From Candidatus Cloacimonadales bacterium (GTDB taxonomy: Bacteria > Cloacimonadota > Cloacimonadia > Cloacimonadales > JAFGVF01), in assembly GCA_963677495.2 (NCBI GenBank), contig CAXXOU010000001.1, positions 704,001 to 768,000 of the forward strand: 64,000 nt of DNA, written 5' to 3'. The stretch's first letter is position 1; each line of letters begins with the position of its first letter. Both the position numbers and the translations under genes were made by a program. The notes beneath the pieces were generated by a model. That model saw only the letters and a list, made by a program, of their open reading frames with translations. It had not been told where the DNA came from and did not search any database. This document shows, piece by piece, positions 1 to 8,759 of the stretch.

Positions 1-740
1 TACCCTTGTTCAGCTAAATTGCCTAATGTTCTTGCATAAGTCATATGAAGCATAAGATTAGTTGTGTCTGATTTTGCTGCTAAACGGAAGTTATCAAGAG
101 CTTTAAGCATATCTCCTTTCTCGTAATCTTCCATCGCAAGAGCATAATAGTCTTTGGAATCATCTATTTTTGAGGTTTTAAGCTCCTCCATCTTTGCTTT
201 TGCTGCATCATAATAGCCGGAACCAACTCCATAAAGGAACACTACTTCATAGTATTTATAAGCTTTTTCCGGTTCTCCCGCTTTTTCATAACCCATACCA
301 AGGAAGTAACTTGATACTGCATAAAGCTCTCTCACAGCTCCATATCTTTGATTGATAAAGTGTAAATCCTCAATTCCCTGTTTTAGCTTTCCCATAAATT
401 TTGGAACATTCACACCCAAGATTCCTCTGTAAAGGTGTGCATCTCGATGCTCAGGTTCAAGCTCTAAAGCTCTACTAAACTTCTTGAAAGCTTTGTTAGA
501 TAACATTCCGGCCTTCATCATATTCACCTGTCCGGCCCGGTTAGTTAGAAACATTCCACTCATTGCAAATACTTCAGCAGAATCAGGATATGCTTTTTCC
601 ATCTTTTCAAGTATCTCTATCGCTTCTTCAAGTTTACCTGCTCCTGCTAATCCACCTGCTTCCCCTAAGCTTTCATAGTAATCATTTGCATATAATAGAC
701 TGCCACATAAAACCAATACTATTAATATCATCTGTTTCAT
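1..740 (-). CDS. Secreted tetratricopeptide-repeat (TPR) protein, 3' end runs off the window
   Basis: Not in ORF track (no stop in window). Read manually: AAGGAG RBS then ATG at 740, MKQMILIVLVLCGSLLYANDYYESLGEAGGLAGAGKLEEAIEILEKMEKAYPDSAEV..., signal peptide followed by TPR-like helices. Confidence 0.75.
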   Translation of the reverse strand, partial: MKQMILIVLVLCGSLLYANDYYESLGEAGGLAGAGKLEEAIEILEKMEKAYPDSAEVFAMSGMFLTNRAGQVNMMKAGMLSNKAFKKFSRALELEPEHRDAHLYRGILGVNVPKFMGKLKQGIEDLHFINQRYGAVRELYAVSSYFLGMGYEKAGEPEKAYKYYEVVFLYGVGSGYYDAAKAKMEELKTSKIDDSKDYYALAMEDYEKGDMLKALDNFRLAAKSDTTNLMLHMTYARTLGNLAEQG

Positions 741-1002
741 AACGTTCTCCTTATTTTCATTTCTGATTCTACAATACATGCAATTTTGTATCTGTTAATC
801 TATATCAGATGAACTGTTAGTTTTTAGTAATGAAATGATATAATCCTAACTCAAATTGCAATATCGTGTTTTCTACAATCTGATTAAAGAAGATTAGCAC
901 TATCCTATTACGATTTCTGTCTCATTGCTCTCTCATAATTCACATCCCTCAGATATCAGTATCCTGACATTTTCCTAGTAGTCTCTTATTGATTTTAATA
1001 GG

Positions 1003-1068
1003 AGAGCCCCAAGAGACTCCCAGGAAAGCTACCAGTTTTGCCAACTTATTATGACAGAGCAATGAGGG
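1003..1068 (+). repeat. Dispersed intergenic repeat module GAGCCCCAAGAGACTC...ATTATGAYAGAGCAATGAG
   Basis: Related copies at 15441-15508 (+) and about 32004-32071 (-). Confidence 0.8.
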
Positions 1069-1217
1069 TCCAATAGCACCTTGCAATCGTCCCAAGACTT
1101 TCTCAATGGTGCTCTTTCCTACCACAACTCCTGTGTACCTTATTCTGATAAACTCAAAAAAATAGTGCAGACTTAGGAAATCCATCATAACTGACATTGG
1201 TTTACCTTTCATTATTC

Positions 1218-1448
1218 AGCCCATATAGGGCTGTTGTTATGGGTGTATTTGTTACCCTAGGTCATTCGACCTAGGGCTATTCATTTTAAGCCCTAAACGG
1301 GCTTTTGGTACCAATAAAGAGATAGAGTAACGCACTTACTCAAGTTGTACTGTTTTGTACCTTATCCTGAAGGGATAATCCAATGTTAGCCATGGTGCTT
1401 TAGCCCATGGAAATGAATAGATTGTCAACCCGACCCTGACGGGGTCAT
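1218..1448. repeat. REP-like multi-hairpin elements (AGCCC..GGGCT / CCCTAGGTC..GACCTAGGG; CCTGAAGGG..CCCTGACGGGG)
   Basis: Three palindromes at 1218-1232, 1254-1278 and 1289-1303, a second set at 1365-1448, and a similar element at 31008-31135. Confidence 0.7.
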
Positions 1449-1597
1449 CCTAAAAGAATACAACTTGTTCGATTCCGCAATTCTGACACTCCTGCAGATA
1501 AACCTTGTTTTATCTAATGAACAATCTCGGTAATCCCCTTAAGAAATTATCATCATTTTAATTGACAGGATTAGTTTCTTTACATAAACAAAGTACT

Positions 1598-2677
1598 ATG
1601 AAATGTCCAATATGTAAGCAAGAACTTAAGTTGAAGCAAGAAGATGAGCATTCTATCTATGAATGTGAGCAATGTAAAGAGGTGTTTGTTAGTCTTACTT
1701 CCATTAAAAACAGCGGTAAAGATGTAGATATTCTAACTCAATTACGCAAAGATACTATGGAGCACGGACTACCGGGTAACATCTGCCCCAGTTGTTCAAA
1801 ACAGATGAAGGCAAAACCTGCTCCCGGGCTGCATTTGCAACCTATGGTTGAATATTGCGAGACATGTAATTTTATCTTTCTCAAGCGAGCGAGCTATGAT
1901 GCAATCCCTGAACGGGAGATTGTTGATGAATATGATAATCTCACTGAGGAGAGTGTGGAAGCTCTCAAACAAATATCCAAAGATTTAGATAAGAAGATTA
2001 AAGCACGAGGTATCGAAGACGAGAAGATGTACACACCATTCGAAAGAATAATGATGTATTTCGTCCCTAGATTGATAGGAGTCCCAAAGATTAAAGGTAT
2101 TCCACCTATCACAGCAATATTGTGTGGAATCGGGTTAATCTTCTCACTTATACCAAGCGGATTAATCTGGAAAGCATTTGAAAACCCAATGCTATCCGGC
2201 AGACACATGATGTTTGATTTTGCAGTTTCAGCAGGTTTTCTTGGAGTCTATATAGCATTTATCTTCGGAGCAAGACTTGAGGAAACTATCGGTTCTAAGA
2301 ACTTTCTGCTCTTCATTATCTCAACTTATGTCGTATCCTTTGTATTGAGATTATTATTCAACCCACAAGCTGCTGTTTCGGGAGGTATGCATGTCTCAAT
2401 TGCGATGGCTGTACTCTTCTCATTTCTATTCACTTTTGCCCGACTGAGAGGGATATTTTTCTTTAGAATATACACAATTCCTGTTTGGTTCTTTACTCTC
2501 ATAATTGCTATTTTTAGTGTAATTATGCAAACTCTAATGGGCTTTAGTCCAGCTAGTTTAGTTTTCTTCATTGTAGTCTTCGGTATGCCTACACTATTCC
2601 TTTTCGCTCTGGGAGGAAAGAAAAAGATATTAAAGGATGCCGGATTAGAAGAATTTATCAATATTGGTAGTTATTAA
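1598..2677 (+). CDS. Zinc-ribbon (TFIIB-type) domains fused to a degenerate rhomboid-like membrane domain
   Basis: Four CxxC pairs (CPIC, CEQC, CPSC, CETC); C-terminal multi-TM region with rhomboid-like FGARLEETIGSKNFL; start moved to ATG at 1598. Confidence 0.65.
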   Translation: MKCPICKQELKLKQEDEHSIYECEQCKEVFVSLTSIKNSGKDVDILTQLRKDTMEHGLPGNICPSCSKQMKAKPAPGLHLQPMVEYCETCNFIFLKRASYDAIPEREIVDEYDNLTEESVEALKQISKDLDKKIKARGIEDEKMYTPFERIMMYFVPRLIGVPKIKGIPPITAILCGIGLIFSLIPSGLIWKAFENPMLSGRHMMFDFAVSAGFLGVYIAFIFGARLEETIGSKNFLLFIISTYVVSFVLRLLFNPQAAVSGGMHVSIAMAVLFSFLFTFARLRGIFFFRIYTIPVWFFTLIIAIFSVIMQTLMGFSPASLVFFIVVFGMPTLFLFALGGKKKILKDAGLEEFINIGSY

Positions 2678-2697
2678 TCGGGGAGAACTCTTCCATT

Positions 2698-2785
2698 TTA
2701 CCACGGATGAACCACGGGTAATCCACGCCCAAACCCCGCGAGCCGTGGTTAACCCGTGGATTACCCGTGGTCAACCCGTGGTAAA
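2698..2785. repeat. Inverted array of CCACGG/CCGTGG units with 11-bp period
   Basis: CCACG-type units at 2701, 2712, 2723, 2734; CCGTGG at 2743, 2754, 2765, 2776; homolog at 32172-32226. Confidence 0.9.
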
Positions 2786-2814
2786 GTATGCCACATCGGG
2801 CAGAGATTTAACAG

Positions 2815-3654
2815 TTAAATATAGCTTTTGAGTAGTTCAATCTCCTGTGACCAAATATCTTCGTTGGGAGTCTCCAAAATCAGTGGTATATCATTGAATC
2901 TACTGTCTTTCATAATTAGTTTGAAAGGGGTTAATCCTATCTTTCCTTCTCCTAAACTATCATGTCTATCGACTCTAGAGAGATGCTCTTTCTTGGAATC
3001 ATTAATATGCATTCCCATAAGTTTATCAAAACCTACTATCTTCTCAAACTCAGCAAAAGTTTTGAGAAACTCATCCTCTGTTCTTATGTCATATCCTGCA
3101 GCAAACATATGGCATGTATCAATGCAGACACCAACTCTGGAAGAGTCTTTTACCTGCTCCATAATCTTAGCTAAATGCTCGAAACTGTATCCTAGATTTG
3201 AACCTTGTCCGGCAGTATTCTCAATCACTGTAATCACATTTTCGGTCTGAGCATGTGCCTTGTTGATTGAATCAGCAACCAATGCTAGTGATTCATCTTC
3301 TGTGATAGCTTTCAGATGACTACCGGGGTGAAAGTTAAGCAGTTTAAGCCCAAGTTGGTTGCACCGATGAAGTTCTTCGATAAAAGCATTTAAAGATTTT
3401 TCTCTTTTCTCAGGATCAGGATGCCCTAGATTTATTAGATAGCTATCATGTGGAAGGATTTTATCTAGTTTGAACCCATGTTTTTCACAGCTACTTTTAA
3501 ACTCTGTAATTGACTTCTCAGTCAAGGGTTTTGCTGTCCATCTTCTTTGATTCTTAACGAATAGAGCAAATGTGTTAGCTCCAATTTCTACTGCATTAAG
3601 AGGTGCATTTTCAACACCACCTCCGGCACTTACATGTGCTCCTATATACTTCAT
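2815..3654 (-). CDS. nfo: Endonuclease IV (AP endonuclease)
   Basis: [59 protein letters not shown] motifs; start at MKYIGAH. Confidence 0.95.
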   Translation of the reverse strand: MKYIGAHVSAGGGVENAPLNAVEIGANTFALFVKNQRRWTAKPLTEKSITEFKSSCEKHGFKLDKILPHDSYLINLGHPDPEKREKSLNAFIEELHRCNQLGLKLLNFHPGSHLKAITEDESLALVADSINKAHAQTENVITVIENTAGQGSNLGYSFEHLAKIMEQVKDSSRVGVCIDTCHMFAAGYDIRTEDEFLKTFAEFEKIVGFDKLMGMHINDSKKEHLSRVDRHDSLGEGKIGLTPFKLIMKDSRFNDIPLILETPNEDIWSQEIELLKSYI

Positions 3655-3813
3655 TTTAACTCCTGTTTCATAATAAAAACAATCTAATGATAATACTCTT
3701 TTTTGCAAGCTTAACCTGTCTATTTTAGCAATATCAACTAAAAAAAGGATTGCAGAAAATCACACACTTATATTACAATGCACAGATTAATTTGTACCAG
3801 AGGTAAAGATAGA

Positions 3814-4449
3814 GTGAGTGAATCATATACTTCGAATGCTATATTGGCATATATAAACTCGTTTCTGACATATCCTAATCCGGTTCTCCCGGAGATGGAG
3901 AGGAAACATCAGACTAGAATCAATATACAACCAAATATGAGTTTGCAGGGTGCAACACTACTGCAATGTCTATTAACAATGAATAATGCGAAGCACGTGA
4001 TAGAGATTGGTGCATGTATAGGCTACTCTGCCATATTCATTGGTGAAGTGATGAAACAAAATGAAGGGAAACTTCATACAATAGAGATTGATGAACGCTT
4101 TATCCCTGAGATTTATGAGAACATACTTTCAGCAGATTTGTACAAGCAAATTGAAGTTATTAATGGTGATGCAGAGCAAAAACTTGAAGCGATACCCGGT
4201 GATGCAGATTGTATTGTGCTTGATGCGAATAAACCTTTATACCCGAGAATACTGGATTTATGCGTTGAGAAGCTGAAAGTCGGTGGTTTTATATTTGCTG
4301 ACGATACGCTCTTTAAACCAATGGGATTTGCAAAACGACTAAGTGAACCAATGGATGAATACAACAAACTTGTGTTCAAGAGAAAGGATTTAAAAAGTAC
4401 CATATTACCTATAGGTGATGGAATTACTTTGAGTATAAAGACAGATTAG
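3814..4449 (+). CDS. O-methyltransferase (caffeoyl-CoA OMT/TrmR-like)
   Basis: VIEIGACIGYSA SAM motif, LDANKPLY, LPIGDGIT; GTG start after GAGGT chosen (ORF track starts at 3778). Confidence 0.85.
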   Translation: MSESYTSNAILAYINSFLTYPNPVLPEMERKHQTRINIQPNMSLQGATLLQCLLTMNNAKHVIEIGACIGYSAIFIGEVMKQNEGKLHTIEIDERFIPEIYENILSADLYKQIEVINGDAEQKLEAIPGDADCIVLDANKPLYPRILDLCVEKLKVGGFIFADDTLFKPMGFAKRLSEPMDEYNKLVFKRKDLKSTILPIGDGITLSIKTD

Positions 4450-4457
4450 GAGATATA

Positions 4458-5003
4458 ATGAGAAAGATAATTATTACACTATTGAGCATTGTATTAGTTA
4501 CTATGCTTTTAGCATCAGAAAAGGACTTATTAAAACAGTTCAAGAAAGCAAAGATGAAGAAGCACAGTGGTGTACTCACAAAAATTGGTGATACTTGGCA
4601 CCTTGCGAAGGATAAGAAAAAGGGACCTGAGCTACATATTGACATTGAAGACTTAGAAGCATATGAAAGTCTGAAATGGGAGAATGGTACAGAGATAGAA
4701 CTTGTAGGTTTAACTCATAAAGGTAAGGTTCTTGTTACTAACATTTTCACCGAGACTGACACAATTCATATTCGTGACGCTAGAGGGATAAAACATACGA
4801 AAGAAACTCTTGCCGGTCAGTGGAAAGTAATTCCTAAGAAATGTATTAGCTGTGGGTTATGCGTAAAGCTATGTCCTGTTGACGCAGTTAAGATGGTCAA
4901 AGGTAAAGCTGTGATAGACCAATCAAAATGCATAAATTGCGGGAATTGTGCTCATGGTGGAATCAAAGGAAGAGGATGTCCTACAAGTGCGATTAAGAAA
5001 TAA
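4458..5003 (+). CDS. Exported protein with C-terminal 2x[4Fe-4S] ferredoxin domain
   Basis: Sec-type signal MRKIIITLLSIVLVTMLLA; CISCGLCVKLCP and CINCGNC-x9-CP motifs. Confidence 0.85.
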   Translation: MRKIIITLLSIVLVTMLLASEKDLLKQFKKAKMKKHSGVLTKIGDTWHLAKDKKKGPELHIDIEDLEAYESLKWENGTEIELVGLTHKGKVLVTNIFTETDTIHIRDARGIKHTKETLAGQWKVIPKKCISCGLCVKLCPVDAVKMVKGKAVIDQSKCINCGNCAHGGIKGRGCPTSAIKK

Positions 5004-5979
5004 AGCCCTCTTACTTCTTCTTGCAGTCTTAGTGTTCACGGGTTGTTCTGACTCAATCTCTAAGATATCTGTTGCTGGAAACGTCCCTCCAAGCCCTGTT
5101 TCTAATGTATCGACTTTATTAATCAACGATACATATCTCCAGGTTATATGGGATAACCCAAAGGAAAGTAGCCTTGACCATCACCGGATATATGTATGTG
5201 AGAATGCGGATTCTCTTAATTTGATTTCAAACCTGTATACTGATGCTTTACCTGGCAATTCAGAACAATCAAAACAAGGTATTACTATAAGAAATCTGCA
5301 ACCGGCAACTGAGTATAAAGTTGGAATCATTGCTTCAAACAGATATGGAAACGGTAAAGGTTTACAAGATTCTATTGTAGTGAGAACAGCTAACTTCCAT
5401 ATTGAGGATACTGAAGCCCCGGAAGCACCTGCTCTAGTGAATATCACCGGACACCTGACAAAAGGTATTGAATCAGCAACTAATACTGAACTGCAGATTG
5501 AATTTACTCCAACAGGATCAGGAGAACTGATAACTCCTGAAATCAGATTTGCCCCAATACCTGAGTTTGCCAATTGGGATGCTGCATGGCCAATATCTAA
5601 CCCTGATCTTTTCATACCTGAGGCAATAACAGGTGAAAAAGGGATTATTAAGTTTAGCTTTATTGATGCATTCTGGCCACTTCCATTCCAGACATCAGAT
5701 TATGAATTCGTAATCTATGTCAAAAGCAAAGATGCGGAAGGTAACCTATCAGAAGAGAGCATTGCTCTTACAGGCGTGTTTAAAGTTGAAGTTCAGTCCG
5801 GATGTATCAAATGCTGGAACTGTTTAGATGTCTGCCCTGAAAATGCAATCTCAAAGTCCAGCTCTAAAGCTGTAATTGATCTAACTAAGTGCACCAGATG
5901 CGGTAACTGTGTTTTAGAATGTGCAGATGATGGTTCAGAAGTTATCTTCTTCAAAACAGAGGAAGTGGGAGGAATCTAA
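4987..5979 (+). CDS. Lipoprotein with fibronectin-III-like domain and C-terminal 2x[4Fe-4S] domain
   Basis: GTG start at 4987 gives MRLRNKALLLLLAVLVFTG-C lipobox; LQPATEYKVGIIASN FN3-like; CIKCWNCLDVCP and CTRCGNCVLECA. Confidence 0.8.
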   Translation: MRLRNKALLLLLAVLVFTGCSDSISKISVAGNVPPSPVSNVSTLLINDTYLQVIWDNPKESSLDHHRIYVCENADSLNLISNLYTDALPGNSEQSKQGITIRNLQPATEYKVGIIASNRYGNGKGLQDSIVVRTANFHIEDTEAPEAPALVNITGHLTKGIESATNTELQIEFTPTGSGELITPEIRFAPIPEFANWDAAWPISNPDLFIPEAITGEKGIIKFSFIDAFWPLPFQTSDYEFVIYVKSKDAEGNLSEESIALTGVFKVEVQSGCIKCWNCLDVCPENAISKSSSKAVIDLTKCTRCGNCVLECADDGSEVIFFKTEEVGGI

Positions 5980-5981
5980 TA

Positions 5982-6230
5982 ATGAAGAAATACTTACTTA
6001 TCGTACTTATACTAATCACAATTCTTCTTGCTGTCACTGTAGAGGATAGTAGAAACCCACTCGTAATCAAAAACAGATGCGTTGGTTGTGGAGACTGTAT
6101 TGAAGTTTGCCCGGTTCAGGCAATTGAACTTGCTAATGGAAAAGCTTTAATAGACAATGAGACTTGCATAAACTGTGGCAAGTGCTTTAAAGCATGCACT
6201 TATAATGCTATCAGGAGTGCTCATGAATAA
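5982..6230 (+). CDS. Small exported or membrane-anchored 2x[4Fe-4S] ferredoxin
   Basis: Hydrophobic N-terminus MKKYLLIVLILITILLA; CVGCGDCIEVCP and CINCGKCFKACT. Confidence 0.85.
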   Translation: MKKYLLIVLILITILLAVTVEDSRNPLVIKNRCVGCGDCIEVCPVQAIELANGKALIDNETCINCGKCFKACTYNAIRSAHE

Positions 6231-6465
6231 GATAATATTAATTCTTGTAGTGATTGTAATAGCTTTAGCAGTTGGTTGCGACAAAGTAACTAAACCTGAG
6301 TATAATGTTGAAAGCTCAGCTTGTAATGCATGTGGTGCTTGCATTGATATCTGCCCCAATGATGCAATAGAGTTTGATAAGAATGGGAAAGCTATTATTG
6401 ACCAAACAAAGTGCATTCAGTGTGCTAAATGTATACCTGTTTGCCCACAAGGAGCGATTTACTAA
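6223..6465 (+). CDS. Small lipoprotein 2x[4Fe-4S] ferredoxin
   Basis: AGGAG RBS, ATG 6223: MNKIILILVVIVIALAVG-C lipobox; CNACGACIDICP and CIQCAKCIPVCP. Confidence 0.85.
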   Translation: MNKIILILVVIVIALAVGCDKVTKPEYNVESSACNACGACIDICPNDAIEFDKNGKAIIDQTKCIQCAKCIPVCPQGAIY

Positions 6466-7673
6466 TGAAAATAATAATCTCAATCCTACTCCTTATCTCA
6501 CTTACAACTCTTGTTGCTTTTGATATAGATAGTTATAACGAACTTTCATTCGGAATGTATAGTATCGATGGTGAGAACTATTACAATTTACAGGAAGAGC
6601 TCTTCTCTGACGTTACTTTCAACGATAGTTGGACTGGTGGTATTGAACTTGATTTTGTGGCTTCTGAAGAGGGATTTAGCGAGATGAACTCCAACCTGTA
6701 TGATAGATTTAGAACATATCTTAACTGGAACTATAATCAAACCAATTTTTACACTAGCTTTAGTAACACTCTTTTTGATGCAGCTAAAACTAATGATATT
6801 GTTTTAGCCGGTCTTTACGATCCGATTGTTAAGCCTGTAACAAAGAATAACTTAGTTTTCAGTGCTTCTCAATCTTTGTGGAATCTCACATTAGAGGGTG
6901 CTATCAGATATAGAAATCTTAACTATGACTACAATGTAACAGAAGATGTTGAACAGGAAAACGATATGTTTACTGACCTAACTCTTACTTATGATGTTAC
7001 AGAAAGATTTGGTGTGTTCTCGACACTCTATTATAAAGATGATCTAAGCGATATTCCTAGTTCTGAAATTCCTGAAGACTATGAGGTTGAAGATCCCAAT
7101 AGCTACTTCGATGAGTTCACAGTTGGTGGAGGATTATTCTGGAAACAACGATTTGGAATGAATCATGGATTTAAAATATCAACTGCATATCTCAATCGGG
7201 ATGGAGAGACAATTCCAGAATATCTCAACCACTATTTTATTACTGATGCACGTTATAATTTCACTTTCACACCACAACTAAATGGTTTCCTTTCCTGCAT
7301 AAGCAGGGGATCTTTCAGTAAGGAAGAGAAGAAGTTTTATCGTGTTTCTAACCTTATAAGAGCACAGTTTAAGTACAGTCTTATGCCATTCGACTCCAGA
7401 GCATATATTGGAATCGGTGCTAAGTATAACCCTGAGAATGAGACTGACAGATATTACACTGAGCTTTCCTACCCCGTTTTCAACAGGATTACGATTAAAC
7501 TGGCTGATTACTACTCTCCGGAATATTATAACAATATTGTAACAGGAATTGAGTTTTCTTATGCTAAATATAACTCGTTCTATCTGGAGAATACTTTCTC
7601 TATGGTTGAGAATGATATTGTAGCATTAGACGACTACAACGAACTAAGGTTTGGAACAAGGATATCATTTTAA
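6465..7673 (+). CDS. Putative outer-membrane beta-barrel protein
   Basis: ATG overlapping upstream TAA; signal peptide; alternating aromatic/polar strands; ends ELRFGTRISF (C-terminal Phe beta-signal pattern). Confidence 0.65.
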   Translation: MKIIISILLLISLTTLVAFDIDSYNELSFGMYSIDGENYYNLQEELFSDVTFNDSWTGGIELDFVASEEGFSEMNSNLYDRFRTYLNWNYNQTNFYTSFSNTLFDAAKTNDIVLAGLYDPIVKPVTKNNLVFSASQSLWNLTLEGAIRYRNLNYDYNVTEDVEQENDMFTDLTLTYDVTERFGVFSTLYYKDDLSDIPSSEIPEDYEVEDPNSYFDEFTVGGGLFWKQRFGMNHGFKISTAYLNRDGETIPEYLNHYFITDARYNFTFTPQLNGFLSCISRGSFSKEEKKFYRVSNLIRAQFKYSLMPFDSRAYIGIGAKYNPENETDRYYTELSYPVFNRITIKLADYYSPEYYNNIVTGIEFSYAKYNSFYLENTFSMVENDIVALDDYNELRFGTRISF

Positions 7674-8644
7674 TGTTTAAAACTTTGACAGAAGGGTTCC
7701 TACTAGGACTAACAACAGGTACAGTGTGCCTTGTTAGCTGCACACCAATATATCTACCGTTTATTATCTCTGAGAAACGTTCAATTGGAAAGAACTTTTT
7801 AAAGGTTATGGAGATTTCAATTGGTAGGTTCTTCTCATACCTATCTTTTGGTGCTCTTGCCGGCTGGCTTGGTGGTAATATCGAAACCATAGATAGAACA
7901 TTGTTCACCGGTATTGCTTATATCCTACTAACTGTATTTATGTTACTTTCTTTCTTTAGATTAACTAGAAAGGAGAAAAGCTGTCATATCCCTAAGTTTG
8001 TAAATGTAACTAAAAGTGCATTTTTACTAGGTATTTTCACCGGTATAAACTTCTGTCCATCATTCCTTATCGCATTGTCCAAAGCAGTTGATTTAGCAGG
8101 TGCTATGAGCGGGATTATGCTCTTTATGGGTTTCTTTTTTGGAACGTCACTGTTCCTAATTCCACTGGCATTCTCAGGATTCCTCTCTAAAATGAGCCTG
8201 ATGAAGAATATCGCTAGATACGCATCAGTTGCAGTTGCACTATATTTCCTCTATTCCGGTGTTGTGAAAATCAAAGATTTTGCCTTATCTACCCAAGCTA
8301 GAATCGTTGACCCGATCTCATCCGAGTATGATATTAAGCTTTTCACTTCTGATGTTGATAATCAATTCTATAAAGTGCTTTCTGATTCCCTGAATACTAT
8401 CAAATCAGAGCAGTTCACGTTAATAAAAACTAATGAGCTCAATCCTGACATGTTAGATAGCATTGAAGTTGGTACAATTATCCTTGTTGACCCGAAACTG
8501 GTAAATGATTCAAATATGGAAGCTATTCAAAACACAGACCATTATGTAATGAATCCTGGTTATGAACCCAAAGACGTTGTTCAGTTTCTACGAAACTATA
8601 GCATCAAGGTTGGCAAGAACCAATACCTTAAATGGGAGTTTTAA
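7673..8644 (+). CDS. DsbD_2/CcdA-like (TauE/SafE-annotated family) membrane protein with soluble C-terminal extension
   Basis: About 6 TM helices; GFLLGLTTGTVCLVSCTP, GRFFSYLSFGALAG, LLGIFTGINFCP motifs. Confidence 0.75.
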   Translation: MFKTLTEGFLLGLTTGTVCLVSCTPIYLPFIISEKRSIGKNFLKVMEISIGRFFSYLSFGALAGWLGGNIETIDRTLFTGIAYILLTVFMLLSFFRLTRKEKSCHIPKFVNVTKSAFLLGIFTGINFCPSFLIALSKAVDLAGAMSGIMLFMGFFFGTSLFLIPLAFSGFLSKMSLMKNIARYASVAVALYFLYSGVVKIKDFALSTQARIVDPISSEYDIKLFTSDVDNQFYKVLSDSLNTIKSEQFTLIKTNELNPDMLDSIEVGTIILVDPKLVNDSNMEAIQNTDHYVMNPGYEPKDVVQFLRNYSIKVGKNQYLKWEF

Positions 8645-8759
8645 AAACCATTTTGATGATATGAGTACATTATAAGAGATGAAATAATCTACCAAAATCC
8701 CTTGTTTGTTGCTTGACAGTTTAAATCAGCTTAACAATATCTCTTAAAGGATGAGATTG

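Noticed and set aside
949..1212. 87-aa ORF and other short ORFs in repeat-rich intergenic regions (14988-15248, 28246-28577, 31374-31758, 51849-52079)
   Set aside because: They translate repeat modules, lack RBS or protein-like composition, and frames are not conserved between repeat copies
1562..1590. Several TTGACA hexamers upstream of genes (1562, 8713, and minus-strand examples) as sigma70 promoters
   Set aside because: Matching -10 elements are weak or ambiguous in this AT-rich DNA; only the 42577 case was kept, at low confidence
2698..2785. Possible CRISPR array or iteron set
   Set aside because: Units are only 11 bp, inverted about a centre, with no unique spacers and no cas or rep gene
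5982..6465. HgcB-like mercury-methylation ferredoxins
   Set aside because: No hgcA corrinoid gene and no C-terminal Cys pair; proteins carry export signals
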